DNA from: Candidatus Omnitrophota bacterium
Lineage (GTDB): Bacteria > Omnitrophota > Gorgyraeia > Zapsychrales > Fredricksoniimonadaceae
Reading direction: 5' to 3'
Length of the DNA: 64,000 nt
Assembly (NCBI GenBank): GCA_015233335.1
Contig: JADFXX010000007.1
Span: forward strand, 15,221 to 79,220
Made by a program: the position numbers and the translations under genes. A model generated the notes under the pieces. That model was not told the origin of the DNA. It worked only from the letters and a program-made list of their open reading frames with translations, and searched no databases. How positions within the stretch are numbered: position 1 is the first letter of the stretch; the number at the start of each line of letters is the position of its first letter. Of this stretch, positions 1 to 9,188 are shown in pieces.

Positions 1-1
1 A

Positions 2-1321
2 CATCTTGACTTGGAAATGCGTTTCCCTCACTCCTTGGGGCTTTTGTATTCCGCTTTTACTTATTATTGCGGATTCAGGGTCAACTCCGGTGAGTATAAA
101 TTAATGGGGTTAGCCCCTTATGGCGAACCTAAATATACCGATTTAATTTATAAAGAATTAATTGATGTTAAGGATGACGGCTCATTCAGACTTAACATGG
201 ATTATTTTAATTATTGCGTGGGCCTGACCATGACCAATAATAAATTTCACCGGTTATTCGGCCGCTGTGCACGAAAACCTGAATCACCCATCATGCCGCT
301 TGATATGGATTTGGCCAGTTCCATTCAGGAGGTAACGCAGGATATTATGGTCAAGGCCGCAAACCATGCCTACAAAATAACCGGCAAAGAAAATTTGTGC
401 TTGGCCGGTGGCGTTGCTCTCAATTGTGTCGGCAACGGTAAGATCATTGAGAAAACCAAATTTAAAAATGTTTGGGTTCAGCCGGCTGCTGGGGATGCCG
501 GAGGAGCTTTGGGTACTGCGCTTTTTATATGGTATCAGTATTTGAATAGCCCGCGTATAAGTGACGGCCGAAGGGACCTTCAAAGCGGATCTTGTTTGGG
601 CCCCGGTTATTCTGATAATGAGATTGAGGATTTCTTAAAGTCTAAAGGAATCCCGTTCAAAAAATATGAAGGGGAGTCAATTTTCGATCAAGTGGCACTT
701 TTGATCGCCAGTGAAAAAGTGATCGGCCTGGTCCAAGGCCGCATGGAATTCGGACCCAGGGCACTTGGCAACAGAAGTATCATAGGTGATGCCCGTTCCC
801 TAAAAATGCAGGAAGAAATGAACGTCCGGATCAAATTCCGTGAATCGTTTAGACCTTTTGCTCCAAGCATACTCAAAGAACGATTACATGATTATTTTGA
901 ACTTCCGTTTGAAAGCCCCTACATGCTTTTCGTTGGCAAGCTCAAGGAATCGCAAATAGACCCCCATTCACGGCATACACCGCTGCGTGGGCTGGACAGG
1001 CTTAAGGTTAAACGTTCAAGCGTACCTGCCATTACCCACGTTGATTATTCAGCACGTATCCAGACGGTTGATCGAGAACGTAACCCTTTTTTTTACAAAA
1101 TCATTGAAACTTTCAATCAAAAAACAGGATGTCCTGTGATTATTAATACATCGTTTAATATCCGTGGGGAGCCTATTGTTGCCACATTAGAAGATGCCTA
1201 TCGGTGCTTTATGTGTACGAATATGGATTATCTTGTCCTAAACCGTTTTATTCTTGATAAATCACAGCAGCCTGATCAGCATAAATATAAAAAGCATCAA
1301 ATTTCACAAATATTGGATTAG
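2..1321 (+). CDS. Carbamoyltransferase, NodU/CmcH family (C-terminal ~440 aa; 5' end outside window)
   Basis: The frame is open from nt 2 (HLD-LEMRFPHSLG...). Motifs PHSLG, EYKLMGLAPYG, GGVALNC, RMEFGPRALGNRSI and INTSFN are typical of O-carbamoyltransferases. Confidence 0.85.
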   Translation, partial: HLDLEMRFPHSLGLLYSAFTYYCGFRVNSGEYKLMGLAPYGEPKYTDLIYKELIDVKDDGSFRLNMDYFNYCVGLTMTNNKFHRLFGRCARKPESPIMPLDMDLASSIQEVTQDIMVKAANHAYKITGKENLCLAGGVALNCVGNGKIIEKTKFKNVWVQPAAGDAGGALGTALFIWYQYLNSPRISDGRRDLQSGSCLGPGYSDNEIEDFLKSKGIPFKKYEGESIFDQVALLIASEKVIGLVQGRMEFGPRALGNRSIIGDARSLKMQEEMNVRIKFRESFRPFAPSILKERLHDYFELPFESPYMLFVGKLKESQIDPHSRHTPLRGLDRLKVKRSSVPAITHVDYSARIQTVDRERNPFFYKIIETFNQKTGCPVIINTSFNIRGEPIVATLEDAYRCFMCTNMDYLVLNRFILDKSQQPDQHKYKKHQISQILD

Positions 1322-1322
1322 T

Positions 1323-1721
1323 ATGCCTAAAGACAAGAAAAATCTATTAGTTTTTGGATACGGCCTTGGTATAATTGCTTTAATATTTAGTATTGGTGGC
1401 TATATCAAACATGGACTTGGGACCGCTGTAATTGTTTTATTATTATGCAGTGTAATTTTTATAGGCGTCACAGCTTTAAATTGGATGGCACTTAAGCCAG
1501 GCTATCAGGCTTGGATGAAAGCCGCTCATTTGATCGGCTTGATCGTAACAACAGTCATTTTAAGTATTATCTTTCTTTTGATTTTTACCCCTATAAGTTT
1601 TATATTAAGATTCATGGGCCGAGACCATCTGCAGCGTGATTTTTCAAGGCAGGGGACAAGCTATTGGGAAAAAAGAAATCAAACGGCTTTCCGGCAGGAA
1701 CAATATCATAACCAGTTTTAA
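1323..1721 (+). CDS. SxtJ-family small membrane protein
   Basis: ATG at 1323 lies one nt after the upstream stop; the ORF-track start at 1254 would overlap the carbamoyltransferase. The 132-aa product is hydrophobic (MPKDKKNLLVFGYGLGIIALIF...). From memory, this family usually follows carbamoyltransferase genes. Confidence 0.6.
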   Translation: MPKDKKNLLVFGYGLGIIALIFSIGGYIKHGLGTAVIVLLLCSVIFIGVTALNWMALKPGYQAWMKAAHLIGLIVTTVILSIIFLLIFTPISFILRFMGRDHLQRDFSRQGTSYWEKRNQTAFRQEQYHNQF

Positions 1722-1733
1722 AAGGATAAAATA

Positions 1734-1892
1734 ATGTCAAAAATATCTATTATGAGAGAGCTATGGGACTTTTTGAAGGTCCGTAAACGCTTTTGGCTGG
1801 CCCCGATTATCATTATTCTTGTATTACTGAGCGTTCTTGTTATTTTCGCTCAAAGCTCATCCGTTGCGCCGTTCATCTATACATTGTTTTAA
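1734..1892 (+). CDS. 52-aa membrane peptide, DUF5989-like (absent from the supplied ORF track)
   Basis: Hand translation gives MSKISIMRELWDFLKVRKRFWLAPIIIIILVLLSVLVIFAQSSSVAPFIYTLF*. It has one TM helix, lies 12 nt after the SxtJ-like stop, and is followed by a terminator hairpin. Confidence 0.55.
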   Translation: MSKISIMRELWDFLKVRKRFWLAPIIIILVLLSVLVIFAQSSSVAPFIYTLF

Positions 1893-1908
1893 TAAGTTAA
1901 AACCTTTC

Positions 1909-1940
1909 GGGGGGCCTGTTTTACCCCCCATTTTTCTTTT
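1909..1940 (+). terminator. Rho-independent terminator between convergent genes
   Basis: GGGGGG (1909-1914), a 9-nt loop, CCCCCC (1924-1929), then ATTTTTCTTTT. It lies between the + gene ending at 1892 and the - gene ending at 2025. Confidence 0.7.
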
Positions 1941-2024
1941 CAACAACTTCCTATAATATATGTTATGTTAAGTACATAGATATAAAACATTATTAAATTT
2001 AAGTTTTATACAAACATGGGTCTT

Positions 2025-3656
2025 TTATGGGAATTTAACCAGAAAAATAACAGCAACCAATAATAAAGCCCCTGCCCAAGAAGCAATAATCCCTATCACA
2101 CGCACAAGCGTAAGACCAAAAGTAACTTGAATATCATGATCCCCTAATGGAACATTAAAAAGTATCAAGCCGTAAGGGTTATCCAGATAAGGCTGAATAG
2201 CCTGACCATCTACATAAACCCGCCATCCGGGAAAATAAAATGTATGGAAACACAACAAAGACGGCTCTAATGCATGAAATTTAGTTACATAACGGACAGG
2301 ATTAATAGATATTTCCTCATCCAGTTGGCCTTGCCCTTGGACAATTTCAAATTTTCTTTTGGGCGATTTATCTGGCCTAACCTTGATCCACTTAGGCGTA
2401 TATTCTCCTTCACCTAAAGCGAGAGAATTTTCAATCGTATCTTCATAGATATGAAATATAGGCCTAGGAGAAGTGCCTAAATAAATAAAAAATACCGCCA
2501 GCCCTACAAGAATTATGAAAAAGATTTTAACTAATAAATTCTTAAATAATACCCCTAACGAACCGCACAACAAAGACATTATAAATACAATAATAGCTAA
2601 AATACGCCAAGGAAACTGAATAAACCTCAAAATGGAGATTTTTTCCCAAAAAAAGGCTGAATACGGCAGAGTAAAAAAAACAGCTATCAAACCAACAATT
2701 AGAAAAAATACATAACCAGATCCGGACTGCTTGTTAATTTTAAATATTTTAAAAAAACATACCAGCGTGCCTAGACAAAGTAATGAATGAATAACCCCTA
2801 CCTGAAAAGAAATACGGTCCATGAACTTATTATTTAAAGGCCAAAATAGATCCCCCAAAGAAACAAAATTCTTGTGAAAATCATAGCGCTGGCCTATCAA
2901 AAAATTAAGATTAAGATACTGCTTTTCTAAAAAGGCCGGCAACCAAAAAAAAGATGACATCATGAGCCCGATAACAAACATACCAATTGCAAAAACGATC
3001 CAAGCATACTTCTTTTCTAAAAAAAATAAATATAACATATAAGCTATACCAAGAGGAAGAAACAACATATTCATAATATTATGAGTTAAACTAAGGCCAA
3101 ATATGCAACAGACTCCTAAGATAAAAACCCCAAGATTTGGCTTACGGCTCATTCTCAAGATAGACAATAAAATAAATGGAAAAAAAGCAAAAGAACTGAA
3201 TTCCGCAAAAGCACCCCGGACATAAAGATCAATCATATGATAGGGCGCGTAAGCATAGAGCAGAGCCGAAATCATCCCCCCTTCATCCCCCCAAAATTCC
3301 CGAGCCAGCAAAAACATGCCAATTCCTGATAAAACCCAAAATAGAACACAAGCCCAGTTAATAGCGAACACCATATTGTGAGTCAGCTGAAAGAATAAAT
3401 TAGAAATAAAAGAAAAAAATGGCGGGTAAAAATTAAACATGGGATAGCCATACCCCCAGTTGATTTCTGGTGACCATCTTACCAAAAATTGGCCATGCCC
3501 CATGTATCTGCTCATGGATTGAGCCCTTATAAAACCTGCCATTGAATCATGGCCATCGATTAACTGACCGCTAAAAAGACCCTGAAATAAAGGAATAGTT
3601 AAAACGGTTAACAATAAAAGATACACCCAGGTTGATCTGGAGAATTCTTTAAACAT
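2025..3656 (-). CDS. Polytopic membrane protein, YfhO/COG5617-like GT-C glycosyltransferase candidate (paralogue of 11382..13094)
   Basis: Many TM segments. Motifs GHGQFLVRWSPEINWGYGYPMFNFYPPF and C-terminal FYFPGWRVYVDG. The start is moved to ATG 3656 (MFKEF...) because the ORF-track start at 3767 overlaps the upstream gene by 95 nt. Confidence 0.6.
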   Translation of the reverse strand: MFKEFSRSTWVYLLLLTVLTIPLFQGLFSGQLIDGHDSMAGFIRAQSMSRYMGHGQFLVRWSPEINWGYGYPMFNFYPPFFSFISNLFFQLTHNMVFAINWACVLFWVLSGIGMFLLAREFWGDEGGMISALLYAYAPYHMIDLYVRGAFAEFSSFAFFPFILLSILRMSRKPNLGVFILGVCCIFGLSLTHNIMNMLFLPLGIAYMLYLFFLEKKYAWIVFAIGMFVIGLMMSSFFWLPAFLEKQYLNLNFLIGQRYDFHKNFVSLGDLFWPLNNKFMDRISFQVGVIHSLLCLGTLVCFFKIFKINKQSGSGYVFFLIVGLIAVFFTLPYSAFFWEKISILRFIQFPWRILAIIVFIMSLLCGSLGVLFKNLLVKIFFIILVGLAVFFIYLGTSPRPIFHIYEDTIENSLALGEGEYTPKWIKVRPDKSPKRKFEIVQGQGQLDEEISINPVRYVTKFHALEPSLLCFHTFYFPGWRVYVDGQAIQPYLDNPYGLILFNVPLGDHDIQVTFGLTLVRVIGIIASWAGALLLVAVIFLVKFP

Positions 3657-3672
3657 AAATAGTTTCCTTAAG

Positions 3673-5439
3673 TTAATGTTGAATTTGCTTATAAAGAATA
3701 CCCAGCAGGTAATCAACTTTTTCAACGGGTTGATAATGAAGTTCACGACTTTTATATGCAAAAGCAAAAGCCTGTTGATACTCCCCTTCTTGGGACAATT
3801 TTAAAGACTTTTCAAAATAATCATTTGCCTGCTTTTCGTTAGATTCAACAAGTAAATATGCCTGAGCATATCCGCCCCCATCCTGCCGTACAGGTAAAAC
3901 CGTATAGGGAGTATTAGAAAAATCGTATCCTTTAGGAGCAATAAATAAAATATGCAATCCCCGCAGGATAAGATCATCTGCCAAAACTTTTTGTTTAATA
4001 GAATATATTCCTGAAACATAGGGAGCACAACTATTTACATAATTAGAGAAATAAGAAAAATAGTCGGGGTATAAAACGGCAATCTCATCTTGCAGGCTGC
4101 TATCCCTATCATTTCCCTCGAAAAAAGCAGCCTCAAAATTTGAAAAAGGCATTGGATAAACTCCGATAAAAATGAATTTTGGAAATTTTGCATGAATCTC
4201 ATTGTTAAATCTGACAGCCCCTTGTGTATATCCTGATAGCTGCTTATTATAGGTTAAAGCATGGCCTAAGGATTGAATGGTAAATACAACCACATATATA
4301 AAAATAACGGATTTAAAAATAAAGTTTTTATTGTTCATATTAAGATAAAATAAAACAAACAGAGGGCTGAATAAACTAATAACGCAGACGAGATAATGTT
4401 CATCGTAATTTTTGGCGATAAGAGCCGACTGAACCAAAATACAAAAAGTTATCGCTAGAAAAAAAACATTCGATCGGCTGCAACTACGGTTCCGAGCGAC
4501 TTGGACTAAATTAAAAATAACACCAATAAGCGCAAAAATAGTCAAAAATCCGCATCTGCATAAAATAATCTGCCAATTCGATATATATTGATGAATATTA
4601 ACAAACCCTCCTGCACCTGAACCATACCCTCCCACATGGGTTAAAAGCCTGACAATCCAGCCCCATATCATCACATAGGAAGTAATAATGGGAATAGTCC
4701 AAAGGGTGAAAGACATGATAGATACCAATATAAACAAAAGCTTCATCCACCTTTTGCAAATAATCAACCCAAGCAATAAAAATGGACAGAACGTTAATTT
4801 GGTAGCAATACCCAATCCGCATATAAACCCAAGACAGATAGTCAATAATCTTTCCTCTTGAGATTCTTTAGCAAAAAATAACTTGAGAAAATAAAGATTA
4901 AAAAGAATCGAAATACTGATGAGCAATGGTTCAGGACTGACATTGGTTACGACGGGTAGAACGTAATCATAAAAAGAAAAAGATCTTAATGACAGAAGGC
5001 CTAATAGCGGCAATTGAGACAACAAAACCGCCAGCTTGTCATTTGTCTGGCGATATGTATATACTCCTAAAATGGATGATGTTATAAAAACAAAAACGAC
5101 CATCAACAGATTAATTGCATTTAGATAAAAATCAGGGGCAAGCAACGCTCTGTGGATGATCCCGGATGCAGACTGCCCCATGTTCAACAACAATATAACA
5201 ACAGCTCCGAGGATCTGGACAGGAGTCCCTGGATGGTCAATATAGGTGGTCGAAAAATTTTTGATCAAAGAAAGACTGCTTAAAAGATACGCATAAGAGG
5301 GGTCAGGGAATTGCCAATAAGGGCCAGTAGCCAATTTGAACTGAAAAGAGAAAAAAAGAACAATAAAAGGAATAATTACAGCGATCCAATAAATTCTAAA
5401 ACTCTTCAGCGTATTCTTTATTAACATTTTTATTCCCAT
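3673..5439 (-). CDS. Polytopic membrane protein with a C-terminal soluble (TPR-like) tail; GT-C-like candidate
   Basis: More than 10 hydrophobic segments. The first-loop motif YIDHPGTPVQILG resembles the HPPG(Y/T)P loop of ArnT/PMT/DUF2723-type GT-C enzymes. An alternative start lies at 5427. Confidence 0.5.
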   Translation of the reverse strand: MGIKMLIKNTLKSFRIYWIAVIIPFIVLFFSFQFKLATGPYWQFPDPSYAYLLSSLSLIKNFSTTYIDHPGTPVQILGAVVILLLNMGQSASGIIHRALLAPDFYLNAINLLMVVFVFITSSILGVYTYRQTNDKLAVLLSQLPLLGLLSLRSFSFYDYVLPVVTNVSPEPLLISISILFNLYFLKLFFAKESQEERLLTICLGFICGLGIATKLTFCPFLLLGLIICKRWMKLLFILVSIMSFTLWTIPIITSYVMIWGWIVRLLTHVGGYGSGAGGFVNIHQYISNWQIILCRCGFLTIFALIGVIFNLVQVARNRSCSRSNVFFLAITFCILVQSALIAKNYDEHYLVCVISLFSPLFVLFYLNMNNKNFIFKSVIFIYVVVFTIQSLGHALTYNKQLSGYTQGAVRFNNEIHAKFPKFIFIGVYPMPFSNFEAAFFEGNDRDSSLQDEIAVLYPDYFSYFSNYVNSCAPYVSGIYSIKQKVLADDLILRGLHILFIAPKGYDFSNTPYTVLPVRQDGGGYAQAYLLVESNEKQANDYFEKSLKLSQEGEYQQAFAFAYKSRELHYQPVEKVDYLLGILYKQIQH

Positions 5440-6107
5440 GCCAGCAGATGTCCGTTCATTTTAAGCCACTTTTCATCCTTCTTATAATCCGGTATAATTT
5501 GACCCACCTTTTCCCAAAACTGGCGCGAATGGTCCCTCTGCTTTAAATGCACCAGTTCATGGATTATGACATAATCCACCACTCTGGAGGGCGCCATAAT
5601 AAGCCTCCAGGTAAAGTTAAGAACATTCTTATGTCCGCATGAACCCCAACGCGTTTTAGCGCTGTTAATTCTGATGGATCTATATTTAAAGCCTGTGACG
5701 TGGGCATAATATTGGGCCTTTCGAGTTATATACTCTAAAGCCTGATCTTTATACCAGCACTCTAAATGGTCTTTGGCATTACCCAAAACCATGCTTGAAA
5801 TCATCAGAGAATGATCAAAGACCACAGCCTTGGGAATGTCCTCTGCCACAACTAAAGGATAGTTTTGGCCTAAAAATAAAAATTGCTCGCCGGCAACAAA
5901 GTTCCTGACAAGAGCCCCGGCCTGTCTTTGTTTAAAATAATCTTGTTTAGCCGTAATCCAGGATTTTTTTCGTTCGATAAGCAGATGGATTAAATCAGCT
6001 GTAGCAAAAAAAGGCGCCCGTACGATTAGACGCGCGTCTTGGGTTATCATTAAACCTATGGTTTTGCGATGACTGCGTATCAGTCGATCTATTTTAATTT
6101 CGGTCAA
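5430..6107 (-). CDS. YgjP-like (DUF45/M48-type) zinc metallohydrolase
   Basis: TRWGSCGHKNVLNFTWRLIMAP...VDYVIIHELVHLKQRDHSRQFW, which contains an HExxH motif. Confidence 0.75.
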   Translation of the reverse strand: MTEIKIDRLIRSHRKTIGLMITQDARLIVRAPFFATADLIHLLIERKKSWITAKQDYFKQRQAGALVRNFVAGEQFLFLGQNYPLVVAEDIPKAVVFDHSLMISSMVLGNAKDHLECWYKDQALEYITRKAQYYAHVTGFKYRSIRINSAKTRWGSCGHKNVLNFTWRLIMAPSRVVDYVIIHELVHLKQRDHSRQFWEKVGQIIPDYKKDEKWLKMNGHLLAWE

Positions 6108-6110
6108 TTT

Positions 6111-7040
6111 TTATTGATGGCGTAAGATGCTTTTTACTATGTATTTAGGACGGGCCTTGACTTCTTCAAAAATCTTCCCGATATATTGCCCTAAAATGCT
6201 GATGCTTAAAAGCTGAACAGCCCCCATAAAAAGGATCGCAATAAGAATAGTGGTGTAACCCCGAGGCGCACTTGGATCAATAAAGCGCAATACAAGCTCA
6301 ACAACAATTCCCATCAGAGCAATAAAAAAAACAGTCAATGAAAACAATATCATCATCTCCAGAGGAACATAAGAAAAGGAGAATATCCCTTTGGTCGCCC
6401 AATTAAAATTCCTAAAGAAATTATTGGTCGTTTGCCCGAACATTCTTTCCGGGCGCACGTAAGGCACCCCTATCTGTTTAAACCCTGTCCAGGCACGCAA
6501 CCCCCTAAGAAAACGGTCACGCTCAGGAAAAGCTTTCATGATCTGGACAATTTTTGTGTCCATCAATGAAAAATCACCTGCATTCAGGGGAATTTTAATA
6601 TAAGAAAGTTTATGAAAAATACGATAAAAAAGCTTATACAAAATCTGCATCAATAGAGTAGCCTCTCGTTTGGTGCGGACCCCATAGACAACATCGAACC
6701 CCTCCATCCATTTGTTATAAAACTCCTCTATCAATTCAGGAGGATCCTGCAAGTCGCCATCCAGCAAGACCACAGCGTCCCCTGTAGCAATGTCCATTCC
6801 GCTCGTAAAAGCCATCTGAGAGTTAAAATTACGGGAATGATTAACCGCGACCACATGAGGGTCTTTCTTAACCAATTCCTTTAAAACAGTTTCTGTATCG
6901 TCAGGGCTGGCGTCATTAACAAAAATAATTTCATAATCAACACCGATCTTGCAAAAAACCTTGGTCAGCCGCTCATGCATGAAAGGAATGGCCTGTTCAT
7001 CCTTATAACAGGCGATGACCGCTGTAATCTTTTTGGACAT
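6111..7040 (-). CDS. GT2 polyprenyl-phosphate glycosyltransferase (GtrB/ArnC/DPM1 type), copy 1
   Basis: N-terminal GT-A domain (VIACYKDE, VNDASPD, LDGDLQDPP) plus two C-terminal TM helices and the tail LGQYIGKIFEEVKARPKYIV. Confidence 0.85.
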   Translation of the reverse strand: MSKKITAVIACYKDEQAIPFMHERLTKVFCKIGVDYEIIFVNDASPDDTETVLKELVKKDPHVVAVNHSRNFNSQMAFTSGMDIATGDAVVLLDGDLQDPPELIEEFYNKWMEGFDVVYGVRTKREATLLMQILYKLFYRIFHKLSYIKIPLNAGDFSLMDTKIVQIMKAFPERDRFLRGLRAWTGFKQIGVPYVRPERMFGQTTNNFFRNFNWATKGIFSFSYVPLEMMILFSLTVFFIALMGIVVELVLRFIDPSAPRGYTTILIAILFMGAVQLLSISILGQYIGKIFEEVKARPKYIVKSILRHQ

Positions 7041-7046
7041 ATCTAC

Positions 7047-7550
7047 CTACTTTCGTAAATTCAAATAAAACGGTAACCCTGAAGACAGCATTTCTTCGAC
7101 AATAGACGGCAATTGTTCAACATGATCAGGCCAGCGAGACTCAATATTGCTTAAGATCTTAAGAACATCGCGGTCTTCCTCGGCCCAATGAGAAAAACCG
7201 TCATGAGCATAATCACACCCCCGGCCTGATCCCACCAATTTAACGGGTATGCGTTCATGATTCACATAATTGCGTAATGTTTCAAAAGGCCTGTACAGTA
7301 AGAATGGAGTAATGGTATACACAATCGGGATCTTACCTTCAAGGGCCAAGCCTACGGCAATACCCATCATGGCCTGTTCCGATGCCCCTACATTAAGAAA
7401 ACGTTGAGGATAATCCGTCCGGATCATATCCCACATTTTATATCCCATATCAGCTGTTATGATCCAAATATTTTGATTGCAGGCCATCTGTTGATGCATG
7501 ATATCTGCAAAACGCCTTCGCATCTGAGGATTAGGAAGAGCCTGGTTCAT
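7047..7550 (-). CDS. Transketolase-family subunit, Pyr domain only (167 aa)
   Basis: ITADMGYKMWD...FLNVGASEQAMMGIAVGLALEGKIP. It overlaps the PP subunit by 4 nt. No transketolase C-terminal domain is encoded. Confidence 0.75.
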   Translation of the reverse strand: MNQALPNPQMRRRFADIMHQQMACNQNIWIITADMGYKMWDMIRTDYPQRFLNVGASEQAMMGIAVGLALEGKIPIVYTITPFLLYRPFETLRNYVNHERIPVKLVGSGRGCDYAHDGFSHWAEEDRDVLKILSNIESRWPDHVEQLPSIVEEMLSSGLPFYLNLRK

Positions 7551-8269
7551 TTCAACACCCCCGATGCCAAATGATAATCCTGCTCGTTCATTATATAATA
7601 ATGAGCATCCAGTCCTTTAAGAAAAGGAAACTGCTCAACTTCTGTTCTGGCAAATATGATAGACTCCCCTCCATGACACTCCCTAATAACATGGTCAAGT
7701 TCCGGCAATGAGTGCCCATTCACCTCTATGGATTTAACACCAAACCCTTCAAATTGCGCCTTTAATCTTTGTGGCGCCACCGGCATATACGCCGCCCAAC
7801 CATTTACATTAACGATGAGTTTAAGGTTCTTGATTTTTTGTCCCACCAAAATACGCATCGACTCCCATATGCTTCCCTCAGCGCATTCTCCATCTGAAAT
7901 CATACAATACACATCTCGTTGAGGATCAGCCATCGCCATTCCTAAAGCAATAGGGAGCCCCTGCCCCAGGCTTCCGGTTGAAACATAAATTCCTCTGTTA
8001 AGACACCGGTCAGGATGAATGTAGGTTCCCTCTAAAGATCCTAAGTCCATTAAGCCTTCCTTTTCAAGGATCACATACAGCGCCAACCCCGCATGTCCGT
8101 TGGAAAGAACAAACCTGTCATCAGGCTGTTTAATGCCATAAACAGCAATCATAAGATCAAAAGCACTCAAACAGGAGCCAATATGTGAAAGTTTATCTCG
8201 ATAAATAACTTCTATTAATCTGAGTCTTAACTGTTTCTGTAATGAGGTTAACCGCTGCAAATCAAACAT
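7547..8269 (-). CDS. Transketolase-family subunit, ThDP (PP) domain
   Basis: SHIGSCLSAFDLM, LSNGHAGLALY, GSLGQGLPIALGMA, ISDGECAEGSIWE. The start is taken at ATG 8269 (MFDLQRL) to avoid overlap with the upstream gene. Confidence 0.75.
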   Translation of the reverse strand: MFDLQRLTSLQKQLRLRLIEVIYRDKLSHIGSCLSAFDLMIAVYGIKQPDDRFVLSNGHAGLALYVILEKEGLMDLGSLEGTYIHPDRCLNRGIYVSTGSLGQGLPIALGMAMADPQRDVYCMISDGECAEGSIWESMRILVGQKIKNLKLIVNVNGWAAYMPVAPQRLKAQFEGFGVKSIEVNGHSLPELDHVIRECHGGESIIFARTEVEQFPFLKGLDAHYYIMNEQDYHLASGVLK

Positions 8270-8274
8270 ATTTA

Positions 8275-9171
8275 CTACCCCTTTTGGGCAACCAGACAAA
8301 GATTGCCAAGCTTAACCCTAATAGACCAAGAAAGCCATTTCCCTTGCGATTTTAAAATTTTAGTCTTTATTCCTTTTGAAATAGGCATTAACCATAAAAG
8401 ATGTCGCAAAGAAATTTGATTAATTGGGGAATACACGCGCAAAACAGAAAACCCATGTTTCTTAAAAATGACTTTTATCGTCTCTGGACTAAATAAGTAG
8501 ATATGCTCCACATCAATGATGGGGCTTAGCCGCCCTAAAGCCCGTGCACTTATACTTTCTACATTATGTTGAAACGCAACAATAAAGCCCCCCGGTTTAA
8601 GCCACTTAAAACATTGCGCAATGAAAACATTAGGATCATAAATATGGTCCAGGGTCTGAAAAAAATAGATCAGATCAAATGTCCCTTCAGAAAATGTCCC
8701 TTCATCAAAACTGTTAACAACAATCCTCTCGCGAATATGAGCGGGGGTTTTTTGTACAGCATCCTGACTGGGTTCAATACCATACAGACGATGAAATCCC
8801 TTTTTATAAAGAGCATCTAACATAAAACCATTGCCACAACCGATCTCGAGAATTGAAGCATCAAATTTTATATTATCCAGCACTTGCTTTAAAGCCTCTA
8901 TGTACGTCACTGTCAAATTTTGGATTTCATCAGTATAAGAAAACGAGCTGTGTTTATATAATTTGGCCGCATCCCCAGCCGAGAGAACCGGACTAGACCA
9001 GACCATGCCATCCTGCGGACAGCGTAATATCCGATAATGGATCCGGTCTGGAAGACGACGGGCGGAAAAAGTCTTTTCATTAAGGTCATCCATCCGAAAA
9101 TTTTCTTTATATTTGACCCGTCCGCTAACCGTTGTCCCACATAAAGCACATGGCATAGACTGCAGCAGCAT
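8275..9171 (-). CDS. Class I SAM-dependent methyltransferase with N-terminal Cys pair
   Basis: ILEIGCGNGFMLD glycine-rich SAM motif. N-terminal CALCG...C. Confidence 0.75.
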   Translation of the reverse strand: MLLQSMPCALCGTTVSGRVKYKENFRMDDLNEKTFSARRLPDRIHYRILRCPQDGMVWSSPVLSAGDAAKLYKHSSFSYTDEIQNLTVTYIEALKQVLDNIKFDASILEIGCGNGFMLDALYKKGFHRLYGIEPSQDAVQKTPAHIRERIVVNSFDEGTFSEGTFDLIYFFQTLDHIYDPNVFIAQCFKWLKPGGFIVAFQHNVESISARALGRLSPIIDVEHIYLFSPETIKVIFKKHGFSVLRVYSPINQISLRHLLWLMPISKGIKTKILKSQGKWLSWSIRVKLGNLCLVAQKG

Positions 9172-9188
9172 GAATGATCCTTTTAGAT

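Noticed and set aside
3657-3767. N-terminal extensions offered by the ORF track: 2025..3767, and likewise 1254..1322, 10906..10938 and 57943..57966.
   Set aside because: The extensions overlap the preceding gene. Internal ATGs give starts that match the paralogue or orthologue N-termini and restore short gaps (for atpA, with an AAGGA Shine-Dalgarno).
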